DNA of 64,000 nt, taken from Chloroflexota bacterium (lineage in GTDB: Bacteria; Chloroflexota; UBA11872; VXNJ01). The notes under the pieces are model-generated. The model saw only the letters and a list, made by a program, of their open reading frames with translations, searched no databases and was not told the origin of the DNA. A program made the translations under genes and the position numbers. This document shows, piece after piece, positions 27,919 to 37,901 of this stretch (positions within the stretch are counted from its first letter, which is position 1; every line of letters begins with the position of its first letter). The stretch is taken from the NCBI GenBank assembly GCA_965261345.1, contig OZ253449.1, positions 576,001-640,000 of the forward strand, in the 5' to 3' direction.

Positions 27919-28164
27919 CTAACGGTTACCGCGCCAAAACCAGTGCGCAACCTGCAGGATCAGGAGGCACAGCAGCAGCACCCCGCCAATGCCGAAAAGG
28001 GCCAGCAGGGTCCAAGAAATCTGCGAAAAATAAAAGATCAGCAACCCCAGATAGATCGCGGCGGCGGCGGCCAGCGCCAACAGGGCAAATTTGATCCGCC
28101 GGGCCAGCGCCTGCGCGCTAGCTGGTCCCAACAAGAATTCAGCCGACCGCGGCAAGATCGGCAA
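27919..28164 (-). CDS. Small two-TM membrane protein, hypothetical
   Basis: 81-aa ORF exactly filling the gap in a co-directional operon; two hydrophobic helices. Confidence 0.6.
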   Translation of the reverse strand: MPILPRSAEFLLGPASAQALARRIKFALLALAAAAAIYLGLLIFYFSQISWTLLALFGIGGVLLLCLLILQVAHWFWRGNR

Positions 28165-29308
28165 TGACCTGCGCTGGATCGGCTAACGGATTGATGGCAA
28201 TCCGGCCGAGTTGGTAGAGATCTTCAGGGTAGTGGGTCCGCACCGCGCGAGTGGTTACTGCCGAATCGTAACCCGACGCCCGCACCAGTTCGATCGCCGC
28301 CGGGCTGTATTGCCCGAACGGGTAGGCAAAATGGTCGCCCCCGCCAATTGGCAGCAGGGCGGCGCGAGAGAGAACCGTCTCGGCTTCGGCGGCTCCCCGA
28401 TCAAATGGCAGGATCGTGTCGATCGGTGCGTGGTTTAGGCTGTGCGACTGGACCGAAAAACCCCAGCGGCGGAGCAGCTCAAATTCGCTAGGTCGCAGGT
28501 GGCCAGGCTCCAGTTCGTCGAAGCCGGGCAATACGAAGAAAGTGGCCGGCGCCCGCATGGCGAGCAATACCGGTGCGGCCCGCTCAAATTGCGAACGGCG
28601 GCCGTCGTCAAAGGTAATCACGACCGGATTCTCCGGCAGATCGCTCCGCCCGCGCAAGGCGCGCACCAAACGCTCGTAGGGGGTAAAAGAAAATCCCGCG
28701 GCCAGGAGACCCTCAAGCTGGGCGGCAAATGCCTCCTGGTCGGCGATTTCGTGATAGTAGATGATTGGCGCATCGATTCCATTCTGCGGGTCCAACGGCG
28801 GCTTCGGCGACGGAAGGTAGTCGATCGCCATCCGCCGGGAACCCTCAAGCGCGACGAACGCCCTGCCCAGTTCGTCGGCACTTACCTGGCCGGCCGAATC
28901 GACGCGCAACAGGGCCTTGGCAAACAACTGGCTGCGCTTCCCTTGCGCCACGAACCACGGTCCCAACGGTGGTCCGAACCGCGCCCTTGCCCCGGACAGG
29001 GTCCAAAATTCGATCAGCGCCGGATCGATTCCGGCCAAGCCATCGCCGACCAGCTCGCCCGCATCCCACCCGGCCGCTTCTGCCGGAATCACCCCGGCGG
29101 CCAGCAGCATCGAACCCAGGTCGGAAATCCGGATCTGCCCGAAGGGCGCCGCCGCTCCGGCGCTTTCATATTCGATCCTCCCACCGCCAAAACACTGCGT
29201 CAGGGCGCTGCCTTGGTACACCGGCGGCGCAATCGCTTCTCCAAGATCAAACCGGAGTTGCGAAAGGTACATGACGAATTCGGCGGCAATCGGCGGCGGA
29301 ATGGCCAT
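28139..29308 (-). CDS. Polysaccharide deacetylase (CE4/NodB) with N-terminal repeat region
   Basis: IIYYH, TFDDG, HSLNH, FAYPFG, GY..AVT. Confidence 0.85.
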   Translation of the reverse strand: MAIPPPIAAEFVMYLSQLRFDLGEAIAPPVYQGSALTQCFGGGRIEYESAGAAAPFGQIRISDLGSMLLAAGVIPAEAAGWDAGELVGDGLAGIDPALIEFWTLSGARARFGPPLGPWFVAQGKRSQLFAKALLRVDSAGQVSADELGRAFVALEGSRRMAIDYLPSPKPPLDPQNGIDAPIIYYHEIADQEAFAAQLEGLLAAGFSFTPYERLVRALRGRSDLPENPVVITFDDGRRSQFERAAPVLLAMRAPATFFVLPGFDELEPGHLRPSEFELLRRWGFSVQSHSLNHAPIDTILPFDRGAAEAETVLSRAALLPIGGGDHFAYPFGQYSPAAIELVRASGYDSAVTTRAVRTHYPEDLYQLGRIAINPLADPAQVIADLAAVG

Positions 29309-29335
29309 TGAGCGGTTCGGGAGTAAATCCTCGGT

Positions 29336-29575
29336 CTACTGGACCACGTCGCCCTCAACCGGGTCGACGGTCACGCCCCTGGTCAACATCCAAGCGATTC
29401 CGGCATCGATATCATCCTCATCGCCCTCAAGCGAGAGGATTAACCAGCCCACATTTTCACGCACGTCGGCACGCCGAATGTTAGATACCAGGTTGAAATC
29501 GCGACTTACCAGGTAGACGATCGGTTCGGTGATCAGGTCTTGCGGAAAGGTCAGTTTCAGGCGCACGCTTGCCAT
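29336..29575 (-). CDS. NIL-domain small protein
   Basis: LTFP..LI.EPI...L...FNL..NIRRADV....GW.IL.LEG.......GI.W....GV.V pattern. Confidence 0.8.
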   Translation of the reverse strand: MASVRLKLTFPQDLITEPIVYLVSRDFNLVSNIRRADVRENVGWLILSLEGDEDDIDAGIAWMLTRGVTVDPVEGDVVQ

Positions 29576-29727
29576 CGTTTATGGATCCATCTCAATATCC
29601 GCGGGCGCCAGGCGCCGGATTGTTTCGTACATATCAATTGTGGTTTGTCGCGACCAGCCCATATACCGATCCGCCCCAGCGGGTTCTCCCTAGAATGCCG
29701 GCAGCGCCACACCAACTGGGAGCAGCA

Positions 29728-31122
29728 ATGGCTACGACTAGGCCTAACATCCTTTGGTATTGCACCGACCAACAGCGATTCGACACAATCGCCGCCCTGG
29801 GCAACCCGCATGTCCACACCGCGACCGTCGATGGGCTGGTGGACCGGGGGGTCAGTTTTACCCGGACCTACTGTCAGAGCCCAATCTGCACCCCGAGCCG
29901 CGCCAGTTTCCTTACCGGGCAATTGCCCTCGACCGTGCGCGCCAACGGCAACGGCATCGAATATATGCCGCAGGACTACCCGCTGGTTACTCAGATGCTG
30001 GCCGACTCCGGATATGACTGCGGTCTGGTCGGCAAGTTGCACCTGGCAACCGCCGGCGGACAAGTCGAGCCGCGCGGGGCCGATGGGTATCGATTCTTTG
30101 CCTATTCGCACGCGCCACGCGACGACTGGGCCGAGGGCCATGATTATGTCGAGTGGTTACGCGAGCGCGGCCAGGACCTGACCAGCATGCTCAATTCCCC
30201 CGACAACGTCCCGGCCGAATATCAGCAGGCAACATGGGCCACCGACGCTTGTATCGAGTTCGTTGACCAGGCCCGCAATGGGCCGTGGTTGCTTAGCGTC
30301 AATCCCTACTATCCGCACCCTCCATTCAACCCGCCGCGCGAGTACTTTGAACGGTTCGACCGTGATACGCTCCCGGGCCCGATATTTGAGGAAAGCGATC
30401 TTGCCATCCAGCGCCGAATCGCCGACGCCGGAGTGGATTTTCAAAACTACCCTGAACACCCCGATAGTTTTGACGCCCGAACCGTGCAGGCCAAGTACTA
30501 CGCGATGATCGAGCTGGTCGACGACCAGCTCGGCCGCCTGCTAAATCACCTGCGGGCCTGTGGTCAATTGGATAACACGATCGTCATTTTCACCTCAGAT
30601 CACGGCGAATCGCTTGGCGATCACGGGCTGGTCGAAAAGGGCTGCCGTTTCATGGAGGGGATGGCGCGGGTCCCGCTGGTAGTGTCCTGGCCGGGTCATT
30701 TCCAGGAGGGCGGGCGGTCCGACGGGCTGGTGCAACTGACCGACATCGCCCCTACCCTGCTGGAAATTGCGGGCCTTGCGATCCCTGAACGAATGAACGG
30801 CCGCTCACTCCTGCCAATCCTTTCCGGCCGCGCCGTTGGGGACAACTTCCGCGAATTCGTGCGCTGTGAATACCGCGATGCGGTAAAGCTGACCGATAAG
30901 ACCCACGCGTCGATGATTGCCGACAAGAATTGGAAGCTGGTGCTCTATCACGGCAAGCAAGGGATGGGCGAGCTCTACGACCTGGCGAGCGACCCCGGTG
31001 AACACCGCAACCGCTACTACGAGCCCGAGTTGGCCGGGCTGGTGCAAGATTACATGATCAAAATGTTCGATTCCACGGTTTTTGAGACCGATTGGGGGCC
31101 GCGTCGGGTCAGTTGGATCTGA
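29728..31122 (+). CDS. Sulfatase (Cys-type), paralogue of 4209-5687
   Basis: RPNILWYCTDQQRFDTI, CTPSRASFLTG, GKLH, PHPPF, SDHGE; GGAG RBS. Confidence 0.93.
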   Translation: MATTRPNILWYCTDQQRFDTIAALGNPHVHTATVDGLVDRGVSFTRTYCQSPICTPSRASFLTGQLPSTVRANGNGIEYMPQDYPLVTQMLADSGYDCGLVGKLHLATAGGQVEPRGADGYRFFAYSHAPRDDWAEGHDYVEWLRERGQDLTSMLNSPDNVPAEYQQATWATDACIEFVDQARNGPWLLSVNPYYPHPPFNPPREYFERFDRDTLPGPIFEESDLAIQRRIADAGVDFQNYPEHPDSFDARTVQAKYYAMIELVDDQLGRLLNHLRACGQLDNTIVIFTSDHGESLGDHGLVEKGCRFMEGMARVPLVVSWPGHFQEGGRSDGLVQLTDIAPTLLEIAGLAIPERMNGRSLLPILSGRAVGDNFREFVRCEYRDAVKLTDKTHASMIADKNWKLVLYHGKQGMGELYDLASDPGEHRNRYYEPELAGLVQDYMIKMFDSTVFETDWGPRRVSWI

Positions 31123-31193
31123 TCGGATTCGGTCGCCTTAGATTTCTTCATGAAGCTAAACGCAACAAACAACTAATTAGGGAGCGCCGGCGG

Positions 31194-32444
31194 GTGGAAT
31201 ATCCAAAAATGCTGCGGATGCGGCAACAGCTATCTTCCGATCACATCACCGATCTGGAAAGTCATTTGCGCGGCCGCCTGCAGGCGGCCCTAGCCAAGTC
31301 GCAGCCAGTGGCCGGCGGTACGGTTGCAATCGGGGTCGGCAGTCGCGGGGTTACTCCCATCGTCACCGTGGTTAGGACCCTGGTTGAGGGGCTGAAGGCG
31401 GCCGGGCTGAGGCCGTTCGTGATTCCGGCTATGGGCAGCCACGGCGGTGGAACCGCCGAGGGACAGGCATCGGTATTGGACGAATACGGCATTACCGAAG
31501 ACAATGTCGGGGCCAAGGTCCGGGCCACCATGGAAACCGTGCTGATCGGGAAAACCGAGGACGGCGTCGAGGTGCACATGGACGCCAACGCCCACGCGGC
31601 CGACCACGTCATTCCGGTCGGGCGGGTAAAGCTGCACACCGGCATGACCGGGCCGATTCAAAGCGGACTTTGCAAGATCATGGCCATCGGGCTGGGCAAG
31701 CGTTACGGGGCCGAGCGCCTGCACGAGGCCGGCGTCACCACGCAGGTTCCCAAAGCGGCGCAGGTAATGCTCGACAGCGGAAAGATCCTCTGCGGGGTCG
31801 GATTGGTCGAAAACCCGTTTGACCAGACGGCGCACGCCGAGATTCCGATACCTGTTGACTACATCCAAACCGACCGCGATCTGCTGGCCAAGTCGGTTGC
31901 AATATTTCCCAGTCTGCCGACCGACTACTCGCACCTTTTAGTCGTCGACGAATTGGGCAAGGACATCTCCGGTTCCGGGATGGACTCCAACATAATCGGC
32001 ACCAAGGCAATCCGTACGGGACAGACGACCAAAAAGCAGTTTGAATTCATAACCGTGCTGCGCCTTACCAAAGCCTCGCACGGCAACGCGGCCGGTCTGG
32101 GACAGGCGCAATTTACCACCCGCCAGCTGGTTGACGATGTCGACTGGAACGACACCTACGTGAATATGCTCACCGCCATGGTGCCCGACTCCTGCCCGAT
32201 GATCTTTGATGGCGATCGGGCCTGCTTAGACATCGCTCTTTCGATGGCCAAGCGAAGGGCCAGCGCCGATCGCACCGATATCAAGGTCATGCGAGTCATC
32301 AACACGATGGAGATATCGCATTTCTGGGCATCGTTGGCGTTGGCCGGCGAGATCGAAGCAGCCGGGCGAGCCGAAGTCGTGGGCCCGGCGCCGGGGTTTA
32401 CCTTTTCCGAGGGCGGCGACTTTATCGGGCTACGCTCGATTTGA
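31194..32444 (+). CDS. LarA-like / DUF362-DUF2088 family protein, paralogue 2
   Basis: VGSRG, PAMGSHGG, RVKLHT, SGLCK, GKDISGSGMD; GGAG RBS before GTG. Confidence 0.75.
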   Translation: MEYPKMLRMRQQLSSDHITDLESHLRGRLQAALAKSQPVAGGTVAIGVGSRGVTPIVTVVRTLVEGLKAAGLRPFVIPAMGSHGGGTAEGQASVLDEYGITEDNVGAKVRATMETVLIGKTEDGVEVHMDANAHAADHVIPVGRVKLHTGMTGPIQSGLCKIMAIGLGKRYGAERLHEAGVTTQVPKAAQVMLDSGKILCGVGLVENPFDQTAHAEIPIPVDYIQTDRDLLAKSVAIFPSLPTDYSHLLVVDELGKDISGSGMDSNIIGTKAIRTGQTTKKQFEFITVLRLTKASHGNAAGLGQAQFTTRQLVDDVDWNDTYVNMLTAMVPDSCPMIFDGDRACLDIALSMAKRRASADRTDIKVMRVINTMEISHFWASLALAGEIEAAGRAEVVGPAPGFTFSEGGDFIGLRSI

Positions 32445-32486
32445 ACTGATGCCGCGCCGCTAGCTCGCGGCACCGGCACCTCACAA

Positions 32487-33671
32487 ATGCTTCAACCCGC
32501 TGCCGGAATTGGGCGTTATCGATTAACGATCGGTTGTCAGTGCCTGGCTTTCATGTTGTTTGGCGTATCGATAACCATCATCGGGCCGCTGTTGCAGCCG
32601 GTTCGTGAGGAGTTTGCGGTATCCAATGTGACGATCGGATTAATAGCCGTTTATTCATCCGGGGCGCACATAGCCGGAACCCTGCTCGGATCGTACTTCT
32701 CCGACCAGTTCGGCCGCCGGCTTTTCGTGGTCGGGGGCCCGATCACGCTCGGTTGCGGGCTCCTTATCGCCGGCCTCGCGCCAACAATCCAAATACATCT
32801 TTTGGGCGGAGCGGTCCTCGGTCTAGGCCTTGGCCTGCTAGACGGTCCCTGCAACGCCCTGCTCATCGACATCGCCGGGGCCAGGTCGGCGAGGATGCTC
32901 AACATCGTCCACGGCGTTTTCGGGCTCGGTGCGGTGGTTGGCCCGCTGCTGGCCGCGGTGGTCTACGCAAGCACCGGCGATTGGCGCCCGGTCTACATTG
33001 GACTCGCGGTCGCCTGTGTATTGGCCGCCGTCCCATTCCTCTTCGCCCCGATGCCGGCCAAAACGGTCGACCGGATTGGTGGATGGCGGATAAGCCGGGT
33101 GTTGAGTATGCACATCGGAATGATCATGGCGGCCCTCTTTTGCGCAGTGGCGATCGAAATGACGTATCAGTTCTGGTTGCCCAGTTTTCTTGAATTGGAG
33201 CGCGGCTACGAACGCGCGCTGGCGGCCGGTTCACTGACCCTGATTTCAATCGGCCTGGTGGCCGGCCGCGCCCTGACGGCCCTGGCCGCCAGCCGCTGGG
33301 ACCACTACTGGATTCTGGCGATCGGCATGGCCCTGTGCGCGATTACCGCCGGCGCCGCCATGCTCCCGATCCCGCAAGCGCTGTCGCTAGTATTTTTCGG
33401 GTTGTCGGCGCTCCTGGTTGCCGGCGGATTCCCGATGGCGGTGTCTCTGGGTACCGCCAACGTCGGTCCCAACGTGGGGGCGGCCACCGGGATCGTCATT
33501 TCGGCGGCCGGTGCCGCCGGGATAATATTTCCGCCTACGGCGGGAGTACTGGCAGAGAACGGGCAGCTTGAATTAGTGATGCTGATCCCGGTTCCGGTCG
33601 CGCTGGCCGGAGCCGCCTGCGTGCTGTACGCACGAAAACTTAGGCGAATCCCCATACAGCTATCGCGATGA
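32487..33671 (+). CDS. MFS transporter (FucP/TsgA-like)
   Basis: Motif A G.FSDQFGRR, N.VH..FGLG...GP, about 12 TMs. Confidence 0.88.
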   Translation: MLQPAAGIGRYRLTIGCQCLAFMLFGVSITIIGPLLQPVREEFAVSNVTIGLIAVYSSGAHIAGTLLGSYFSDQFGRRLFVVGGPITLGCGLLIAGLAPTIQIHLLGGAVLGLGLGLLDGPCNALLIDIAGARSARMLNIVHGVFGLGAVVGPLLAAVVYASTGDWRPVYIGLAVACVLAAVPFLFAPMPAKTVDRIGGWRISRVLSMHIGMIMAALFCAVAIEMTYQFWLPSFLELERGYERALAAGSLTLISIGLVAGRALTALAASRWDHYWILAIGMALCAITAGAAMLPIPQALSLVFFGLSALLVAGGFPMAVSLGTANVGPNVGAATGIVISAAGAAGIIFPPTAGVLAENGQLELVMLIPVPVALAGAACVLYARKLRRIPIQLSR

Positions 33672-33678
33672 CTCGACC

Positions 33679-34674
33679 ATGACGGGAACCAACGAGTGCG
33701 TTTTGGCGGTTGATTTCGGTGGAACCCGGATCAGGGCGGCCATCGTAAACCGCGACGGGTCGATCTTCGGCGAGCACTACGGAGAAACCGGCGAAGGGCG
33801 AATCGCAGACGTTGTCGGGCGGATCTCCGCGGTGATCGCGCGCGCGCATCGGGAGGCCCGCGCCGCCGGTCGGAGACCATCGATGATCGGAGTCGCCGCC
33901 CCGGGTCCAATCGACTTTGAACGCGGCGTGATCCTGACTGCGGTCAACATCGTCGGGTTCTGCGATGTTCCGCTGGCGCGGCTCATATCCGAGCGCTTCG
34001 GAGTCCCGGTATTCCTGCAAAACGACGCCAATGCCGCCGCCTTGGCCGAACATGAATTTGGCGCCGGTCGAGGATTTGATCACATGGTATACCTGACCGT
34101 TTCGTCTGGAATCGGAGCTGGGATCATTGCCAACGGACAGCTCCTTCAGGGAGCAACCGGCAATGCCGGCGAGGTCGGGCAGATGACAGTCGACCTAAAC
34201 GACCGCGTATACCTTTCGGGCTGCCGCGGAACGATGGAGGGCCAGGCCTCAGGCGATTACATGGCCCGCTACGCCGAGAGCCGGATAGATGCCGGGCAAA
34301 CATCCTTGTTGCAGGAGTACTACCAGAGCAACGGCGAACTCGACGGCAGGGCCATTGCCGAGGCAGCGCGCCAGGGCGATCCCTTGGCGAAAGCCACCTG
34401 GCAACGGGCTTTGGCCGGGTTGGGGGCCGGTGCGGTGAGTTTCATCCACGTTCTTAATCCGCAGATCGTCGTTGTCGGTGGCGGCGTGTCCAATGCCGGT
34501 GATATGCTGCTAGAGCCGATGCGCCAATACGTGGCCAGATGGGCAATGCCCGGATTCGCCGAGCATCTCACGATCGTTAGATCAACCCTCGGGGATAGTG
34601 TTTGCCTGAAGGGGGCCGCAGTCTGGGCTTGGAGATCCTACGCCGGGCAACCGGTGTTGGGGATTGACAGTTGA
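33679..34674 (+). CDS. ROK family sugar kinase (glucokinase-like)
   Basis: VDFGGT, NDANAAALAE, SSGIGAG, GEVGQ, GGGV; no HTH. Confidence 0.9.
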   Translation: MTGTNECVLAVDFGGTRIRAAIVNRDGSIFGEHYGETGEGRIADVVGRISAVIARAHREARAAGRRPSMIGVAAPGPIDFERGVILTAVNIVGFCDVPLARLISERFGVPVFLQNDANAAALAEHEFGAGRGFDHMVYLTVSSGIGAGIIANGQLLQGATGNAGEVGQMTVDLNDRVYLSGCRGTMEGQASGDYMARYAESRIDAGQTSLLQEYYQSNGELDGRAIAEAARQGDPLAKATWQRALAGLGAGAVSFIHVLNPQIVVVGGGVSNAGDMLLEPMRQYVARWAMPGFAEHLTIVRSTLGDSVCLKGAAVWAWRSYAGQPVLGIDS

Positions 34675-36263
34675 GAGAGCCAGTTAAACCGGCCCTGGTA
34701 GATTAGATCCTCAACCCACGGTTGAATCAGGAAGTGGTCGCCGCGGAAGAATAGCGGTAGAAGCGGCGCTTCGGCCACGATCTGGCGTTCGGCCGCCCGC
34801 AGCAGCGCCAGTCGATCCTGCCCCAGCCCGCGATCTTCCGCCTCGGCGATCAGGTCGTCAACAAACGCGGAAGCGTATTCGAAATGGTTTACAACGCTGG
34901 ATGATTCAAAAAGCGCGGACACGAAATTTTCGGGATCAAGGTAATCGGCGTACCAGCCCAGGGTGAACATCTGCATGCGCGGGTCGCTTGGACCATCGAG
35001 CAGATCGAGCACCTCACGCAATGTTGCGGCCCGGAAACGGACCTCAACGCCCAGGTTTTGCGAGAGCGTGTAGGCAATCGCCCGGTCGATGCCGCCGACC
35101 CACAGAGAGCGACCGATCGACGTAAAGATGATTTCTGGCAGTTCCTCGGCCGATCCGTAGGAGCTCTGCGCCAACAGTTCGCGCGCGCGCTCAGGATCAT
35201 AGGGATATGTTCCCGCCGAGCCGGCCAGGTAGCCCGGGATCCCCGGAGGGATGACACCGTCAGCGGGTTTGGCGGTGCCGTGGTTAATGAGAACGTTTAG
35301 CCGCTTAGTATCGATCGCCATGGCGAAAGCCTGCCGGACTAGGGGATCGTCAAACGGGGCGGTTGCGGAACGAAAACCGAGATAGGACAGCAGGGTTGCA
35401 TCGGTATCGCGTAGATGCGAGTTCAGCTCGTGGGTTGGATATCTAACCTGTTGGAGCGGTTCCCCGCCAACGAAGATCATGTCCAGGTTTCCGCGGCGAT
35501 AGGCATTGAAGGCATCGGCCCCGCCAACGGGGTGAAATTCGGCCCTGATCAAATTCGATTCGGACCCGGCGTGGTGATTGGGGTTGGCGATCAAGACGAT
35601 CGGCCCATTTGCGATGAATTGGGCAAGCACGAATGGCCCGCTGGAATTTGGTGAAACCCACCAGTCCGGTTCGGCGACCTGCCGCGGATCAACCACAAAG
35701 CTGGTCGGGTAAGTGAGCTTGTGGAGGAAGGCGGCCTTGGGGACCGTCAATTCGATCTGCACGGTCCTCGGATCGGGTGTCCGCAAGCCCGGCAGGTCCG
35801 GGCGCAGCCCGGCGCGGAATTCGCGCGCCCCCAGAATGTCGCCAAGGTAGGTCTCGGCCACCGGCGACGCGGTTGCTGGGGCGAGGGCGCGGCTTATTGA
35901 AAACACCACATCCTGGGCGGTGATTGGGCTCCCGTCGGCGAAGGCGGAATTCTCCCGCAGGGTGAAGGTATAGGTACGCAGATCCTCGGAAATTGTCCAG
36001 CTCTCGGCCAGGTCGCCGAGTACCTCGCCAATCGGTCCCCCGGTAACTAGCCCGGAATAGAGCAGGTCAATGTAAAAGCCCGATGATGAACTTCGGGTAA
36101 GCGCCGGATCGAGGGTGAGCGGACGCCCGTAAGCCATTCGAAAAACCTGAGGGGTCGGCGAACAAGTCTGGCTCTCGTCGGAATGCAGTTGGCCCCTGGC
36201 AATATCGGGCGGCCATCCGAGGATGATCAGCAGCGCCCCCAGCGCCAGTATCAACGCCGCCAA
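34638..36263 (-). CDS. Peptide/nickel ABC transporter substrate-binding protein (family 5)
   Basis: N-terminal signal, LDP, LAESWTISED..YTFTLR...F.DG.PITA.DV, VRQAF.MAID, W.ADY.DP. Start uncertain. Confidence 0.88.
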   Translation of the reverse strand: MAALILALGALLIILGWPPDIARGQLHSDESQTCSPTPQVFRMAYGRPLTLDPALTRSSSSGFYIDLLYSGLVTGGPIGEVLGDLAESWTISEDLRTYTFTLRENSAFADGSPITAQDVVFSISRALAPATASPVAETYLGDILGAREFRAGLRPDLPGLRTPDPRTVQIELTVPKAAFLHKLTYPTSFVVDPRQVAEPDWWVSPNSSGPFVLAQFIANGPIVLIANPNHHAGSESNLIRAEFHPVGGADAFNAYRRGNLDMIFVGGEPLQQVRYPTHELNSHLRDTDATLLSYLGFRSATAPFDDPLVRQAFAMAIDTKRLNVLINHGTAKPADGVIPPGIPGYLAGSAGTYPYDPERARELLAQSSYGSAEELPEIIFTSIGRSLWVGGIDRAIAYTLSQNLGVEVRFRAATLREVLDLLDGPSDPRMQMFTLGWYADYLDPENFVSALFESSSVVNHFEYASAFVDDLIAEAEDRGLGQDRLALLRAAERQIVAEAPLLPLFFRGDHFLIQPWVEDLIYQGRFNWLSQLSIPNTGCPA

Positions 36264-36374
36264 CTTGACGTTCTTGACGGGTAATACGTTATTTAATTGC
36301 AAGAATGAATTGCCAATTAGGGAACTGACGCCAACGGTGTTTTCGTTTAGCAGCCGAGCGGTCGGTCGTCGCAA

Positions 36375-37847
36375 TTGAATTATCTTCTGGCCATTGATCA
36401 GGGCACCACCGGTACCACCGCCCTAGCGGTCGGGCCATCCGGGCGGGTGCTGGCCAGCAGCTACTGCCCGCTATCGGCCAGTTTTCCACGCGACGGATGG
36501 GTCGAACAGGACGCGGAACAAATCTACGAATCGGTCTTGTCGGCCGGTCGCCAATTGATCGCCGAGTTGGGATGCAAACCGGCCGGGCTGTCGATTACCA
36601 ATCAGCGCGAAACCACGGTGCTTTGGGATCGGGCGACCTCGCGACCGGTTGGTCCGGCAATTGTGTGGCAGGATCGCCGCACCGCTCCGCTTTGCGAACG
36701 GTTGATCCAAGCCGGAGCCACGGAATTGATCCGCGAGCGAACGGGCCTGGTGATCGACCCTTATTTTTCTGCCACCAAGATTGCCTGGCTGCTCGCCGCC
36801 GACCCGTGCCTGGCAGACCGGGCACGATCCGGCCGGGTGTGTTTTGGGACCGTGGATTCGTGGTTGATATGGAAGCTGACCGGCGGCCGCGAGCACGTAA
36901 TCGACGCGACCAATGCCTCGCGGACGATGCTGGCCCGCATTGACCCGCCGGCTTGGGACGACGACCTATTGGGCCTGCTCGATATTCCGCGCCAGATCCT
37001 GCCCGAGATAGTCCCCTCATCGGGCTGGAGCGCCCCAACCACCGAGTCGGGCCTGGCCCCGGGGACGCCGATCGCCGGTATTGCCGGCGACCAACATGCC
37101 GCACTGTTCGGGCAGGCCTGTTTTGTTCCAGGGCAGGTCAAGACAACCTACGGGACCGGTTGTTTTTGCTTGCTAAATACCGGGCCTCGTCCGGTTCAAT
37201 CGGGAAACCGCTTGCTTTCGACCTTGGCCTGGCAGATCGGGTCGGAGACGACCTACGCGCTGGAGGGGTCGGTGTTCATGGGCGGCGCGGTGGTGCAATG
37301 GCTCCGTGACGAAATGGGCCTGATCGATTCGGCCGCCCAATCGGAAGAGGTTGCGTCCACGGTCACCGACAGTGGCGGCGTCGTCTTGGTGCCGGCGTTC
37401 ACCGGACTGGGAGCCCCGCACTGGGATCCGCGCGCTCGGGCGGCGATTTTCGGGATGACCCGCGGATCCAATGCCGCCCACATCGTCCGGGCGGGGTTGG
37501 AGTCGATCGCCTTCCAAGTCAGTGACGTTATCGCAGCAATGTCCGAAGACGTCCAGGGTGGACTGACGCAGATGCGGGTTGATGGGGGAGCCGCCACCAA
37601 CAATCTGTTAATGCAAATGCAGGCCGATCTTGCCGGACTGCCGGTGATCAGGCCGGCTGTTATCGAAACCACCGGACTGGGCTCGGCGCTGTTGGCCGGA
37701 CTGACCCTTGGCTGGTGGGAAAACCTGGGTCAGCTCGAGGCGCTCTGGCGCGCCGATCGGCAGTTCGACCCGACCGAACCTGGCGATCTAGCGCCGCGCC
37801 GGGCGCGGTGGCGGCGAGCCCTGGAACGATCCAAGAACTGGGTTTGA
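36375..37847 (+). CDS. glpK: Glycerol kinase
   Basis: DQGTT, TNQRETT, WQDRRT, DPYFSATK, GDQ.AALFGQ, K.TYGTG, VDGG. Confidence 0.96.
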   Translation: MNYLLAIDQGTTGTTALAVGPSGRVLASSYCPLSASFPRDGWVEQDAEQIYESVLSAGRQLIAELGCKPAGLSITNQRETTVLWDRATSRPVGPAIVWQDRRTAPLCERLIQAGATELIRERTGLVIDPYFSATKIAWLLAADPCLADRARSGRVCFGTVDSWLIWKLTGGREHVIDATNASRTMLARIDPPAWDDDLLGLLDIPRQILPEIVPSSGWSAPTTESGLAPGTPIAGIAGDQHAALFGQACFVPGQVKTTYGTGCFCLLNTGPRPVQSGNRLLSTLAWQIGSETTYALEGSVFMGGAVVQWLRDEMGLIDSAAQSEEVASTVTDSGGVVLVPAFTGLGAPHWDPRARAAIFGMTRGSNAAHIVRAGLESIAFQVSDVIAAMSEDVQGGLTQMRVDGGAATNNLLMQMQADLAGLPVIRPAVIETTGLGSALLAGLTLGWWENLGQLEALWRADRQFDPTEPGDLAPRRARWRRALERSKNWV

Positions 37848-37901
37848 ACCAGGCGCCGGGGGGCGCAGGAATTCCCCGGCGGCACGGTCACGGTAGGGTG
37901 T

